The notes under the pieces were generated by a model. It was not told where the DNA came from and searched no databases. It saw only the letters and a list, made by a program, of their open reading frames with translations. A stretch of 64,000 nt of DNA. Source: a virus. Lineage: Duplodnaviria > Heunggongvirae > Uroviricota > Caudoviricetes. The DNA lies in the IMG/VR virus record IMGVR_UViG_3300025693_000001. One strand, given 5' to 3'. Of this stretch, positions 19,726 to 28,871 are shown in pieces; position 1 is the first letter of the stretch, and every line of letters begins with the position of its first letter. A program made the translations under genes and the position numbers.

Positions 19726-20309
19726 TAGCGTCTTCCTCTTGCGCTGTGGCACACACTATGGCAACTGCTGTGGCAATAGCTAATTGTGGCATCTGTTTTG
19801 TTTGAATTTGTGGTAATAACGCCACGCAATGATGCTATTACAGCCTCATAATTTGAGCGATCGATGGAATCTGCATTCCCAATGTTGTCATATGCTCCGC
19901 CTGGTGCACCATCACTAGCCGTTAACACGCCTGGACTGGTTTTATATGCGGTCCGAGTGTAATCTGCTTTCACACCCGAAGTATTTCCATTGCCCCATGA
20001 TGATCGTCTGCGGTGGAATGTAAATATTCGCGTCTTACTGTACAAACTCAGAAACGAATTTAGCGTTGCTACCAAATTACCACTACCAACGCTACTCGTC
20101 AACGATGATGTAGCGATGTTTGTTGGTATTGACACTCCCAGTGATACACCAGTAGCAGCTGCTCGCGATACATCAGTGCTATTTGCAATAGCAGGTGATC
20201 CAGGGGTTAATTCAGTAGTCGCTTGTTGACGTAGTGTTGTAACACCACCCACAGCTGATGTTGAGCTTATCAACCCACCCCATATTGTTTTTGTTATTTC
20301 ATTTGCCAT
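19725..20309 (-). CDS. Putative rSAM substrate / precursor with C-terminal (CHSx)3 motif
   Basis: 194 aa, S/T/G/A-rich; its only three Cys are in YCHSSCHSVCHSARGRR; directly downstream of rSAM-1. Confidence 0.7.
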   Translation of the reverse strand: MANEITKTIWGGLISSTSAVGGVTTLRQQATTELTPGSPAIANSTDVSRAAATGVSLGVSIPTNIATSSLTSSVGSGNLVATLNSFLSLYSKTRIFTFHRRRSSWGNGNTSGVKADYTRTAYKTSPGVLTASDGAPGGAYDNIGNADSIDRSNYEAVIASLRGVITTNSNKTDATISYCHSSCHSVCHSARGRR

Positions 20310-20321
20310 GTTGCAATCCTT

Positions 20322-21401
20322 TTATTCCTGTCCCATAAACCCACCTAGTATTGTTTTATACAGGGGTATATCGTTATCGTTTTTCATTTTGGTCATCATG
20401 GTTTTTGGTGCAGCACACACGTTACCTTGCCAAGCCAATTGGTGACAATCACCATTACACACGTCATATACCGGACAAATAGAACAAGCTGGATGTCTAA
20501 TTATCTCAGCGGATATGTTACACATTCTACCTTCGCTAGTCATCAGAGCCTCGACGTCGTCGTGGATCGTACCAAATGTGTTGTCTACGGCTGAGTTTGG
20601 GCAGCCTCCGATTGATCCATTTGCGTTGATGGTTAGTATCTTTTGTTCACACTCTCGGCACCGACACCCTGCATGTGCATTGTGTACTAAACTCGTTAAT
20701 ATTGAATCGAAAAACATGTTATCGATAAATTCCCAAGTCTTGTGTTCCAGTGTTTGTTCCCACAACTTCAAAAACCACATATCTAGCGCTTCATTCGACG
20801 GCATTATACCCTGTTCAATGAATTGCAATGCGTTACCATTTGGGGTTACTCGCTCGAAGTTAATGTGGTTAATACCAAGGCTAGCCATATCACGTATAAT
20901 GTCAATTGGCTCCATGTGATTTACAACATCACCAGACAGGCAAACCATTACCGTGATATCATACCCATCGTCAGTTAGCTGTTTCACATTATCTCGCCAC
21001 AGCTGTTCTTGTTTCGGTTTTGGCCATCGGATATTCTTGTCCCAAGAGGTACCAAACGATTTCCCACATATTTCATCAAACACGCGAATTTTATCCGGTG
21101 TCAGTGGATAGGTCAGGTTCGTTTGCACTGACCACCATATGTTTGGCCATAAGTCCTTTACCCCATTCCAAACATCGAATAGTTTTTCGGTGGGAGCGAG
21201 CATCGGCTCACCACCATGGAACGATATGTTACCATGGTCATAGTTCGGGTTGTATTCGTGCAAGCGTTTGAAGAATGCTACAGTTGCGTCAACATCGAAC
21301 CACCCCTTTCGCCCATTGTGACCATTAGTAAAGCAGTGGTCACAATGCAGGTTGCAGGTATCGGTGGTTTTTAAGTAACACATGAAATCGTTAGTTGCCA
21401 T
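20322..21401 (-). CDS. Radical SAM/SPASM protein (rSAM-1), peptide-maturase-like
   Basis: CNLHCDHC, SFHGGEP, QTN; CRCREC...GSIGGC...CSICPVYDVCNGDC...C. Confidence 0.93.
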   Translation of the reverse strand: MATNDFMCYLKTTDTCNLHCDHCFTNGHNGRKGWFDVDATVAFFKRLHEYNPNYDHGNISFHGGEPMLAPTEKLFDVWNGVKDLWPNIWWSVQTNLTYPLTPDKIRVFDEICGKSFGTSWDKNIRWPKPKQEQLWRDNVKQLTDDGYDITVMVCLSGDVVNHMEPIDIIRDMASLGINHINFERVTPNGNALQFIEQGIMPSNEALDMWFLKLWEQTLEHKTWEFIDNMFFDSILTSLVHNAHAGCRCRECEQKILTINANGSIGGCPNSAVDNTFGTIHDDVEALMTSEGRMCNISAEIIRHPACSICPVYDVCNGDCHQLAWQGNVCAAPKTMMTKMKNDNDIPLYKTILGGFMGQE

Positions 21402-21417
21402 TTAATCCTCTAGTCTG

Positions 21418-22584
21418 TTATGCAGAATACAGAGCTGGCCACACTTGGACCCATCCTGTTCCCGCTAAGTACATTTGTATTGTTGCTCCAACCGCTTGAG
21501 TATCCCCTGTTTGAGCGGGTTGCCCTTTGCCGGTCGGATTGTATTGCATAAAATCACCAGCAGCAACTTTATCATCTACATAACCCTTCGTCGATGCTTC
21601 ATACGTTGATACTGGGTGTCTACCTAATGTTAGCGTTGCTGATCCATTCATAGAATCACCAGCTCGACTGATCTTATCGTTCAGTTGCGTTTGAACATTA
21701 CTGGTCAACCCAACGTTAAAATTTGTTTCACTTGCCGTTAGTGTTGGTAGATCCAACGCATCCAAGTAAGCGTTCTGCAACGATGTTAGATGAACAATTT
21801 CGTCGGATAAATGGGTTCCCATATCCCCAACAAAGTCGTCAAACGCTTTTTTGTGCATTGCATCATATGGATCAACAGGATCACCCAAATTGATAATTCG
21901 GTGTCTCGCTGTAACTCCAGCATCATCCCCACCCATATCCAATTCACCACTCATCCAATCACCACACTGTCGTAGAAAACTTTCTCCGACTAACACGAAA
22001 CCATCAGGAGCCGCTTCAGTGTGGTTTGGGTTGTATATCTTCAATAGTGGTTCAGTGATACAACCATTTGTATCTCCAGCGATACTGGTATCATACCACA
22101 AATCCCCAACTGTTGGGTTTGCGGGTTGTGCGGTGTTAACATATATACCAGATGTTACCTTCCATAATGGTACAGGTGGGTTATTTTCAACCCCCAGATC
22201 ATCCAATATGTCTGCGTCATACACGTATAACAACCGACTAGTAACATTATACCACAATTGCCCGTCGAGGGGAACTGTTATCCCATTTCCTGGTCCCAAA
22301 TCATTCGCATCTTTGGGTAGAATGGGGCTTGTTGTTGGGTCATAATCATATGACCCAGTAGATGGATTGTAATCACCTGCTTGTTTTTCAGGGCAGTTGA
22401 AATTCTCTGCCAACCTATAGACGTTCTCGTCCATTCCCTCACCCCACTGTAATGCTCCCATGCCGTATAACCGCATGTCACTGTCGTGGTGTGTACTTCC
22501 AGGGCCATTCAATGCTCCTGGTTTTATAGTAAGACTTTTTGAAGAAGCTCCATCTGTACTATCGATAACATAAACTGTTGCCAT
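21418..22584 (-). CDS. Tail fibre-like protein
   Basis: Shared N-terminal LYGMGALQWGE...EN..RLAENF domain; GQLWY/GDLWY repeats; EASTKGYVD; CATAAATA at 22616-22623. Confidence 0.72.
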   Translation of the reverse strand: MATVYVIDSTDGASSKSLTIKPGALNGPGSTHHDSDMRLYGMGALQWGEGMDENVYRLAENFNCPEKQAGDYNPSTGSYDYDPTTSPILPKDANDLGPGNGITVPLDGQLWYNVTSRLLYVYDADILDDLGVENNPPVPLWKVTSGIYVNTAQPANPTVGDLWYDTSIAGDTNGCITEPLLKIYNPNHTEAAPDGFVLVGESFLRQCGDWMSGELDMGGDDAGVTARHRIINLGDPVDPYDAMHKKAFDDFVGDMGTHLSDEIVHLTSLQNAYLDALDLPTLTASETNFNVGLTSNVQTQLNDKISRAGDSMNGSATLTLGRHPVSTYEASTKGYVDDKVAAGDFMQYNPTGKGQPAQTGDTQAVGATIQMYLAGTGWVQVWPALYSA

Positions 22585-22618
22585 AATATATTCCTATTTT
22601 CGTTTTGATCTTATCTAT

Positions 22619-23197
22619 TTATGCGGTTATAGAATCCAACAAATTACCAAAGTCGGAAATAGCTGTTTTTATTTCCGTGCTTGTTGCTGACGCATTAATA
22701 GCGACTTGTGTTTGTAACCGATATTGTTCCACTAAAACATTATACCCCAACGTGGCATTATACTCAGCTATAATATCATCAGCAGCAGCTGTTGCTGTTT
22801 TTGATAATGCTATAACATCCCCCGCTATGAATGGGTATGGTGTTGTATCAACAGGATATCCAGCGGCTTTATATGCTAGAGCTTGTGTATTCTTTTCCAA
22901 ATATACCAAATTCTGAATAGCATGTTGAGTGATTTGTTGCGTGCGATGTTGTTCTGCAGATGCATTGATACTCGATATTGCTAGTACCTTATCTGCCGCC
23001 AGTGTGTAGTTGGGATCATCTATTTCCACCCACGGTCCAACACCATTCGTGTACGTAACTAACTTACCCTTACCAACGGATATTGGTTTTTCGATTGTGT
23101 ATCCTGCTATACCAGTTTTATTAGTAGCAGATCGTGATACTCCAACGTACGTGTAATCGGTTGTGTCGAATTTATAAAATGTGTATATAGTGATCAT
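22619..23197 (-). CDS. Putative tail fibre assembly/chaperone protein (start MITIY at 23197)
   Basis: ATGA overlap with upstream fibre gene; position and helical C-terminal half typical of fibre assembly proteins. Confidence 0.55.
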   Translation of the reverse strand: MITIYTFYKFDTTDYTYVGVSRSATNKTGIAGYTIEKPISVGKGKLVTYTNGVGPWVEIDDPNYTLAADKVLAISSINASAEQHRTQQITQHAIQNLVYLEKNTQALAYKAAGYPVDTTPYPFIAGDVIALSKTATAAADDIIAEYNATLGYNVLVEQYRLQTQVAINASATSTEIKTAISDFGNLLDSITA

Positions 23198-24789
23198 GAG
23201 AATATCTGTACCTCTAACGTGGATTCTATGTTTGGATCTGCAACAGGATTGTAATCCTGTGTGGTGTTCAATCTCGTATTCTGACCGGCGTTGAGTGATG
23301 AATTGCGTGCCATAACACGGAACGTATATGTTGTGTTTTGTTGAAGCGTTCCTGACGCCATTGGGCATATGCTGTACGTGAGTGAGCTTGCATCGTTTCC
23401 CTCTGATGATTTTGTGTCAATCACCGTGAGTGACGCGTATTCTCCACCAATCACACCCAACTCCCAATACGTCGGATTGTATGATTTACGGTGATGCACA
23501 TTCAACGCGCTCTTGACAACGAAAGTTACCGGTGCGCTTGTAACCACCACATCAACATCGAAGTTGGGAATGATAGTGCTCGTCGATGCAACAACATCAT
23601 AATATGATGCGTATGCTATGGTTTGAAGATCAATTAACCTACCATCACTCGGTTGTCCTGTTAATTGGTTATCGACGTACTGTTTAGTTGCAGCTTCTAA
23701 CGGAATTATGGGATCGTGGGCAAGTAATACACCCCCACCCGACATTTGAATATTTCCGGTCGAGGTGGTTGTTCCGGCTAGACGCACGCTTTTAAAAAAC
23801 CAAGCATCTTCACCAATCCGTAACATAGGTGTCCCGAATGGATGGATCGTCATGACATTCTTAACACCACCACCACCGTAATTGGTTGTGAAAGCTAACT
23901 CCCCAGCATTGGTGTATTCAATCTGGATATTACCACCTTTGGTGTATGAGCTACCAGCATCGAATATAACAGATTTGGCTGTACTAGACACATCGAATGA
24001 CAGGTTACCTGTCATGGTATCCCCAGATAACGCGACATACGCACCACCACCGCCACCACTGGCTACAGAATCAACGTATTGTTTTGTGGCAGCATGTAGC
24101 GCGTTTGTGGGGTTAGCATTCAGTGTCAAATATCCCGACATAATGTCACCAACTTTTGCCACAGCATTGCTACCGATGGTGTCCGCATATTGTTTTGTAG
24201 CGGCGTGTAAAGCATTTACGGGGTCGGCGTTTAGGGTTAAGTACCCCGACATGATGTCACCACTCAAGCTAACGTATCCGCTACCGGATGAAGAGGCCAA
24301 AGCCACCCACACACTACCATTGTAAAAATTGATCAGATTTGTTGAGCCGTCATACCACAGATCACCCAACAATGGGGTAGTTGGTTTCGTTGTGCTAGAT
24401 GAAGCGGTGTTCCGCCAATACCCAACAACAGGATCCGCGTTTGGATCGATGGGAGCATAGATGTATAGTTTGCCATCCGTTTTGTTGAACCACAATTGCC
24501 CTAGGACGGGACTGTTGATACCCAGACCAGCAGTTTCAGTTGTGTTTCGTGGAGTTGGGGATGTTGTGTCAAGTGGGTCGAAAGTTGCATTTTGATCCAC
24601 TGCAAAGTTTTCCAACAAACGATAGAAATTTTCGTTGAATCGTTCACCCCAACTAGGCGTTGCATTGCCGTATAGTGTTAGGTCAGTATTTGATTGCACC
24701 CCACCAGTCCCATCGAACGTACGGGGTTGGATAGCAAAGGTGGTTCCACCATCGGTGCTATCTATTAAATAAATTGTTGTATTAGCCAT
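23194..24789 (-). CDS. Tail fibre protein (start MANTT at 24789)
   Basis: Shared N-terminal domain; tandem GDIMSGYLTLNA(D/N)PxNALHAATKQY(A/V)D repeats; TATAAATA at 24825-24832. Confidence 0.78.
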   Translation of the reverse strand: MANTTIYLIDSTDGGTTFAIQPRTFDGTGGVQSNTDLTLYGNATPSWGERFNENFYRLLENFAVDQNATFDPLDTTSPTPRNTTETAGLGINSPVLGQLWFNKTDGKLYIYAPIDPNADPVVGYWRNTASSSTTKPTTPLLGDLWYDGSTNLINFYNGSVWVALASSSGSGYVSLSGDIMSGYLTLNADPVNALHAATKQYADTIGSNAVAKVGDIMSGYLTLNANPTNALHAATKQYVDSVASGGGGGAYVALSGDTMTGNLSFDVSSTAKSVIFDAGSSYTKGGNIQIEYTNAGELAFTTNYGGGGVKNVMTIHPFGTPMLRIGEDAWFFKSVRLAGTTTSTGNIQMSGGGVLLAHDPIIPLEAATKQYVDNQLTGQPSDGRLIDLQTIAYASYYDVVASTSTIIPNFDVDVVVTSAPVTFVVKSALNVHHRKSYNPTYWELGVIGGEYASLTVIDTKSSEGNDASSLTYSICPMASGTLQQNTTYTFRVMARNSSLNAGQNTRLNTTQDYNPVADPNIESTLEVQIFS

Positions 24790-24824
24790 AGGATTCGTAT
24801 TCCTCAAAGTATTACGATATCCCG

Positions 24825-24832
24825 TATTTATA
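24825..24832 (-). promoter_or_regulatory. T4-type late promoter heading the fibre-rSAM transcription unit
   Basis: Perfect TATAAATA, intergenic. Confidence 0.75.
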
Positions 24833-24834
24833 CG

Positions 24835-25515
24835 TTATAGATTTAGTTCCACTACGATTTCTTTTATCTGCTCAACTTCCGTTTTGTGTTTGGAGAATTT
24901 CTTGTACCAAAACTCGTGTTTGATAATGGTTGTTAGAATTATACGCTCTTCCGCTGATACGCTATTTTTATAAAATGCAGCGAATTTCGGAGACTTGAGA
25001 AGCAACCAAGGTGATAGTTTTCTGCGTTGGATTAGTAATATTAATTCATTGGGTGATATAACATCAAACAACTGGTGGATGGGAACGTCATATTCTTCCG
25101 CCAAGTCGAATAGGGTATCTACCGATATTCCCACCATTTGCAACGGTGTTATAAGTCGATCCAGTTTGTTTAAATACAATGCATGTGCTTCAGGTAAGGT
25201 CCACATGCTAGGGGGGACATTACCTTCTTTCAGCATGATCTTCACAAAGGCATTCACATCAGCCATTTGCACTCGTCGCGCGTATTTCACAAACTTCATG
25301 AAATACACGTATTGAGATGACGCCAAAAATGCCTCCGGTGATGGTTTAAATCGTTTGGAAGTGTACATCCAATTTTCATAACAAGCCCACGCCTGCTGTC
25401 CAATGATGCTCTTGAATTCTTCGTCACGAATCATTTGTTTGCACTTATGCTTCATGAACGTTGATTCACGAACATATCGATTATCACAAAATGGGCATTT
25501 AAACCGTTTTTTCAT
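24835..25515 (-). CDS. Hypothetical protein with N-terminal zinc finger
   Basis: FKCPFC-x12-HKC; in the clamp-loader operon. Confidence 0.7.
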   Translation of the reverse strand: MKKRFKCPFCDNRYVRESTFMKHKCKQMIRDEEFKSIIGQQAWACYENWMYTSKRFKPSPEAFLASSQYVYFMKFVKYARRVQMADVNAFVKIMLKEGNVPPSMWTLPEAHALYLNKLDRLITPLQMVGISVDTLFDLAEEYDVPIHQLFDVISPNELILLIQRRKLSPWLLLKSPKFAAFYKNSVSAEERIILTTIIKHEFWYKKFSKHKTEVEQIKEIVVELNL

Positions 25516-25985
25516 TGGTTGTTGCGTTGTTTGATTTCTTTCTTTACGTTTCTGATTTCGTCTTTCTGAAATCCCAAGTGATCAGCATACTCCAATAACT
25601 GATCATCCGACAACAACGGAATAACGTCCACAGCTTTCTGTGTGCTGTAATCAAATACACGTTTAACGATATCCGTTAGTGTTGGATATTTGGTGGTTTT
25701 TCCTTTTTTTAGTTTAGTCCACTTATATCGTGTGCGGTGCCCATCTGCACAAATAGTCAATAATTTCATCACCAACGGTTTGTGTCTGTGTAGATTGAAC
25801 GCATACGGATTTACCACTTCATTCAACATTGTGGTTTTCATCGGATCTGTGGTCCCAGCCATCCACTTCATGAGCACCAAAGGGTGCTCAGCTTTTTGGA
25901 CTGATTCCGATAGATCATCATAAAAGTTCTTATCCTTTGCATCTATCCGTGCAAGAATATCAAAGATTGTTACTTTGTTGTCCAT
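25512..25985 (-). CDS. Clamp loader small subunit-like (T4 gp62-like)
   Basis: Size, position near gp44-like gene, LMKWMAG...LNEVVN...RYKW pattern. Confidence 0.55.
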   Translation of the reverse strand: MDNKVTIFDILARIDAKDKNFYDDLSESVQKAEHPLVLMKWMAGTTDPMKTTMLNEVVNPYAFNLHRHKPLVMKLLTICADGHRTRYKWTKLKKGKTTKYPTLTDIVKRVFDYSTQKAVDVIPLLSDDQLLEYADHLGFQKDEIRNVKKEIKQRNNQ

Positions 25986-26320
25986 TCAGTCACACTTATT
26001 TTACGGTTACAAAATTTACACGAAACAACGTTATCATCGTCACCCATGGTCAAATATTCGAATGGGTGGACACACTCGCGCACCATCGTTTTTCTCAAAT
26101 CGCTTATATCATCCATGATTGGTGTTTTCTTTGTTCTGATGATTTCAAGAATTTCAAGCTCTACGGGTTCGAGTAATGTCATCAACTTGACGAGATTATC
26201 CATCTTTCTGTTCCAGGATGTCTTCTCGCTTCGATTTGCTACATTAGCCATATGCTCCAAAATTCTACGAATCTCAGTTTCACGCTCTGTTTCGTTCTCG
26301 GGTTTTTTTTGTCTTGCCAT
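25970..26320 (-). CDS. Hypothetical coiled-coil protein with C-terminal zinc ribbon
   Basis: CVH...CKFC. Confidence 0.65.
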   Translation of the reverse strand: MARQKKPENETERETEIRRILEHMANVANRSEKTSWNRKMDNLVKLMTLLEPVELEILEIIRTKKTPIMDDISDLRKTMVRECVHPFEYLTMGDDDNVVSCKFCNRKISVTEWTTK

Positions 26321-26331
26321 GTTAGTGCTCC

Positions 26332-27276
26332 TTAAATCATTGATAATCGTATGAATAGTGCAGCTGCATTGATCTCTGGCGCTGCGACTAGTTCGTGTTT
26401 ATATGCATGCTCAGCTATTGCCAACATACCCTGTTCCCAATTGCCACCATTTTCGTCGAATTGTTTGGCTTTGTGTAAGTTCTCATATAAGAATTTGTAT
26501 AAATCGTACCACTCTTCCCCAACGACGGAAGCACACACCGTATTTCGTGCTGCTACCCAATTACCCTTTTCCATCATACCCAACAGAGAGAATTTATAAT
26601 CAGAAGATTCTTCTGCCGCAGATGATGGGGACAGTAACTCACCGTCGATAACGTTTTGTTGTAGTAAGTTGATTATCTTGCGAACGTCAGGATACCCAAC
26701 TGTCACGTAGGCGTCAAGGTCATCCAAATCAAACGCAACACCTTCTTTCACCAAAATGGTTGCGGCTAATTCGGTGATGTCGTCTACATTCGGTGCTTTG
26801 AACCGTAGGTGTTGTAACCTGGATTTGAGAGGATTTATTAGTTTGTTTTCGTAATTGCACGTCAATATAAAGCGAACATTATCGGAGTTATTTTCCAATA
26901 TGTGGCGTAGTATGGCTTGACCGGCTTGTGATATATAATCTGCTTCATCCAGGATGACTATTTTGAAGTCTCCCAACGCGAATGTGGAAACGAAGCTTTT
27001 TAATTTATCACGCATGACGTCAACGGAATTTTCATCCGATGCATTCAGAATCATGACGTCCATATCGGACACACCCAATTCTGAGCACAATAATTTTGCT
27101 AATGTTGTTTTACCGGAACCTTGGATTCCTGATAATAACAAATGAGGAATGATACCATCTTTTATCATACGAGATATCGTTTTGCGATGAGTCTCGTCAT
27201 GAAAGATGTATTGATCTATAGAGGTTGGGCGATATTTCTCGCACCAAATGGTTGGGTTAATGTTCATAATATCCAT
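26332..27276 (-). CDS. gp44: Clamp loader large subunit (gp44/RFC-like AAA+ ATPase)
   Basis: WCEKYRP, GIQGSGKTT, LNASDE, ILDEAD, FILTCN, LKSR. Confidence 0.95.
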   Translation of the reverse strand: MDIMNINPTIWCEKYRPTSIDQYIFHDETHRKTISRMIKDGIIPHLLLSGIQGSGKTTLAKLLCSELGVSDMDVMILNASDENSVDVMRDKLKSFVSTFALGDFKIVILDEADYISQAGQAILRHILENNSDNVRFILTCNYENKLINPLKSRLQHLRFKAPNVDDITELAATILVKEGVAFDLDDLDAYVTVGYPDVRKIINLLQQNVIDGELLSPSSAAEESSDYKFSLLGMMEKGNWVAARNTVCASVVGEEWYDLYKFLYENLHKAKQFDENGGNWEQGMLAIAEHAYKHELVAAPEINAAALFIRLSMI

Positions 27277-27298
27277 ACGTTAAAAAAGTGATATGGAT

Positions 27299-27327
27299 AT
27301 TATACACTAGGTATTTAGCTCACACAA
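27299..27327 (-). promoter_or_regulatory. Sigma70-type promoter
   Basis: TTGTGT-17-TATAAT upstream of the clamp loader gene. Confidence 0.55.
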
Positions 27328-27330
27328 CAA

Positions 27331-27648
27331 CTAACTGTCATATGCTAACACGCACGAGTCGTCGGTACGCCAAATAGTCTCACCATCGAATGGGATTCCA
27401 TTTGTCCATTTTAAATTGTCGATTAAGATGCGCATGCCTTTGCGGATTATTGGATCAGTATCAGGTCCGGTTTCAACCACAACACCCCACCTAGGGCGTG
27501 ATGCACTTTCGTCGAAATTCTTAAACTCGAATCCCCAATCTGTCTGCTCTTGGAATGCAGTAGAGGATGTTCCAGCCTCTTGCACCTTAACGGACGATTG
27601 CTCAAATTGAAAAATGATATGATTGTGTATTGCGTTGATATTTTTCAT
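27331..27648 (-). CDS. groES: GroES-like co-chaperonin
   Basis: INAIHNHIIF...RWGVVVETGP...GMRIL...DDSCVLA pattern; 105 aa. Confidence 0.75.
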   Translation of the reverse strand: MKNINAIHNHIIFQFEQSSVKVQEAGTSSTAFQEQTDWGFEFKNFDESASRPRWGVVVETGPDTDPIIRKGMRILIDNLKWTNGIPFDGETIWRTDDSCVLAYDS

Positions 27649-27653
27649 TCTAA

Positions 27654-27947
27654 TTACTTCTTGGTTGATCTAGCTTTTTGTTTTGTGGTTGCTTTAGGGT
27701 CAGATATCGTGGCTTTTGATATCACAACATCTTCTTTATCTGCATCTGCTACACTCGGTACGTCTTTATCAACAACAATGGGAGCCACAACCGCTACGGC
27801 TTTTTTAGTACGACGACGCAATCGATTCTCGATAAAGTCCTTTCGTCTGGTAACATCTGTTGATGGTGGTGCGGATGCAATTTGTTGTTTGATTTTAAGT
27901 AAATCGAAATCTACTATCTCTCCTCGGGCGCTTCTACCTTGGGTCAT
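27654..27947 (-). CDS. Hypothetical basic protein
   Basis: 97 aa; GAGG Shine-Dalgarno; RSARGEIVDFDLLKIK. Confidence 0.7.
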   Translation of the reverse strand: MTQGRSARGEIVDFDLLKIKQQIASAPPSTDVTRRKDFIENRLRRRTKKAVAVVAPIVVDKDVPSVADADKEDVVISKATISDPKATTKQKARSTKK

Positions 27948-27967
27948 GTGTTAATCCTCTTAGTTGG

Positions 27968-28516
27968 TTAGTGTAGGAAGTCGGATATCGGTAGCTGGTA
28001 CGAAAAACTATCCACGTCGTGTACTCCGATCAAGTACAACACGTACGATGATACGCTACTACCTCTACCAACTCCCCACACTACGTTATTGGTTTGAAGG
28101 GTATTTATGATATAAATTAGGACCGTTAAAATGTCTAAAAGTCCCAACTCTTCATACAACACCAATTCCTCCGCAACCCTGGTTAACCGATCTCTTCGAT
28201 CATCACCAGTAATGTTACGGTCAGCTATTTTAAGTATGTGTTCAATCGGATCCAGTTGTTTAAACTCAGCAGGTATTATCCACTCGATTGGAGCAATATC
28301 AACCGAATGCTTAACAGTAATCTTTGCATCACCTTTAACGAACGCATTATATTGTTTTATGTCGTTTGATATTTCATCGACGAATAATCCGGATACAGAA
28401 ACACCCGAAGCGATCATGTGCAACAGTTCACTCTCTGGTATAGTGGAGTCACCATCATACCAGAGAGTTCTGTCATTTAGTTCCGTGTTAATTGAAGTTG
28501 CTTTGGTAGTTTCCAT
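27968..28516 (-). CDS. dnaE: DNA polymerase III alpha-like fragment (GxGRGS portion)
   Basis: R..EEL...WGVGRGSSVSSYVLYLIGVHDVD...LPISDFL matches DnaE GPGRGS...VAY.L.IT..DP...LLFERFL. Confidence 0.85.
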   Translation of the reverse strand: METTKATSINTELNDRTLWYDGDSTIPESELLHMIASGVSVSGLFVDEISNDIKQYNAFVKGDAKITVKHSVDIAPIEWIIPAEFKQLDPIEHILKIADRNITGDDRRDRLTRVAEELVLYEELGLLDILTVLIYIINTLQTNNVVWGVGRGSSVSSYVLYLIGVHDVDSFSYQLPISDFLH

Positions 28517-28871
28517 CTGCGGTATCTATGTTGGGTGTTACACTCTTCCCACCTGGGGTCGTTGTCATCATAGCTGTCGCTTCCGGTGACATGGTTACTT
28601 GTCCCGATGGAACCCCACCCATTACTGGAGGCGGTACCATTCCTGGTGGGAGTGGTTGTTCGTTTGTGTGAGGTGCTTGCATCATTGGTGCCGCTACCTG
28701 GATTGGTTGAGGGTGCTCTACTGGTTTTGGTATCGTAATGTTATCTATTTTTGCTCGGATCAAAGCCCATTGAGCAGCGGATGGTGTCCACCCTTTCACT
28801 TGCAATTCTTCTACGCCTTCTAACCATGCTCTAAATTCGTTAAGTGTTACTCTTTTTCGTTTCGCTGCCAT
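28488..28871 (-). CDS. Proline-rich hypothetical protein
   Basis: TLNEFRAWLEGV N-terminus, paralogous to the neighbouring gene. Confidence 0.7.
   Translation of the reverse strand: MAAKRKRVTLNEFRAWLEGVEELQVKGWTPSAAQWALIRAKIDNITIPKPVEHPQPIQVAAPMMQAPHTNEQPLPPGMVPPPVMGGVPSGQVTMSPEATAMMTTTPGGKSVTPNIDTADGNYQSNFN

Noticed and set aside
19725-19778. CHSSCH/CHSVCH as c-type haem-binding motifs, or as a His-Xaa-Ser precursor
   Set aside because: Spacing is CX3CH and overlapping rather than CXXCH, with no signal peptide or cytochrome c maturation genes; the period is 4, not the 3 of HxS repeats.
9797-21401. rSAM genes as a queuosine/7-deazaguanine, NrdG or molybdopterin pathway
   Set aside because: No QueC/QueD/FolE/DpdA, NrdD or MoaC partners in the window; SPASM-type C-termini and late context fit protein modification better.
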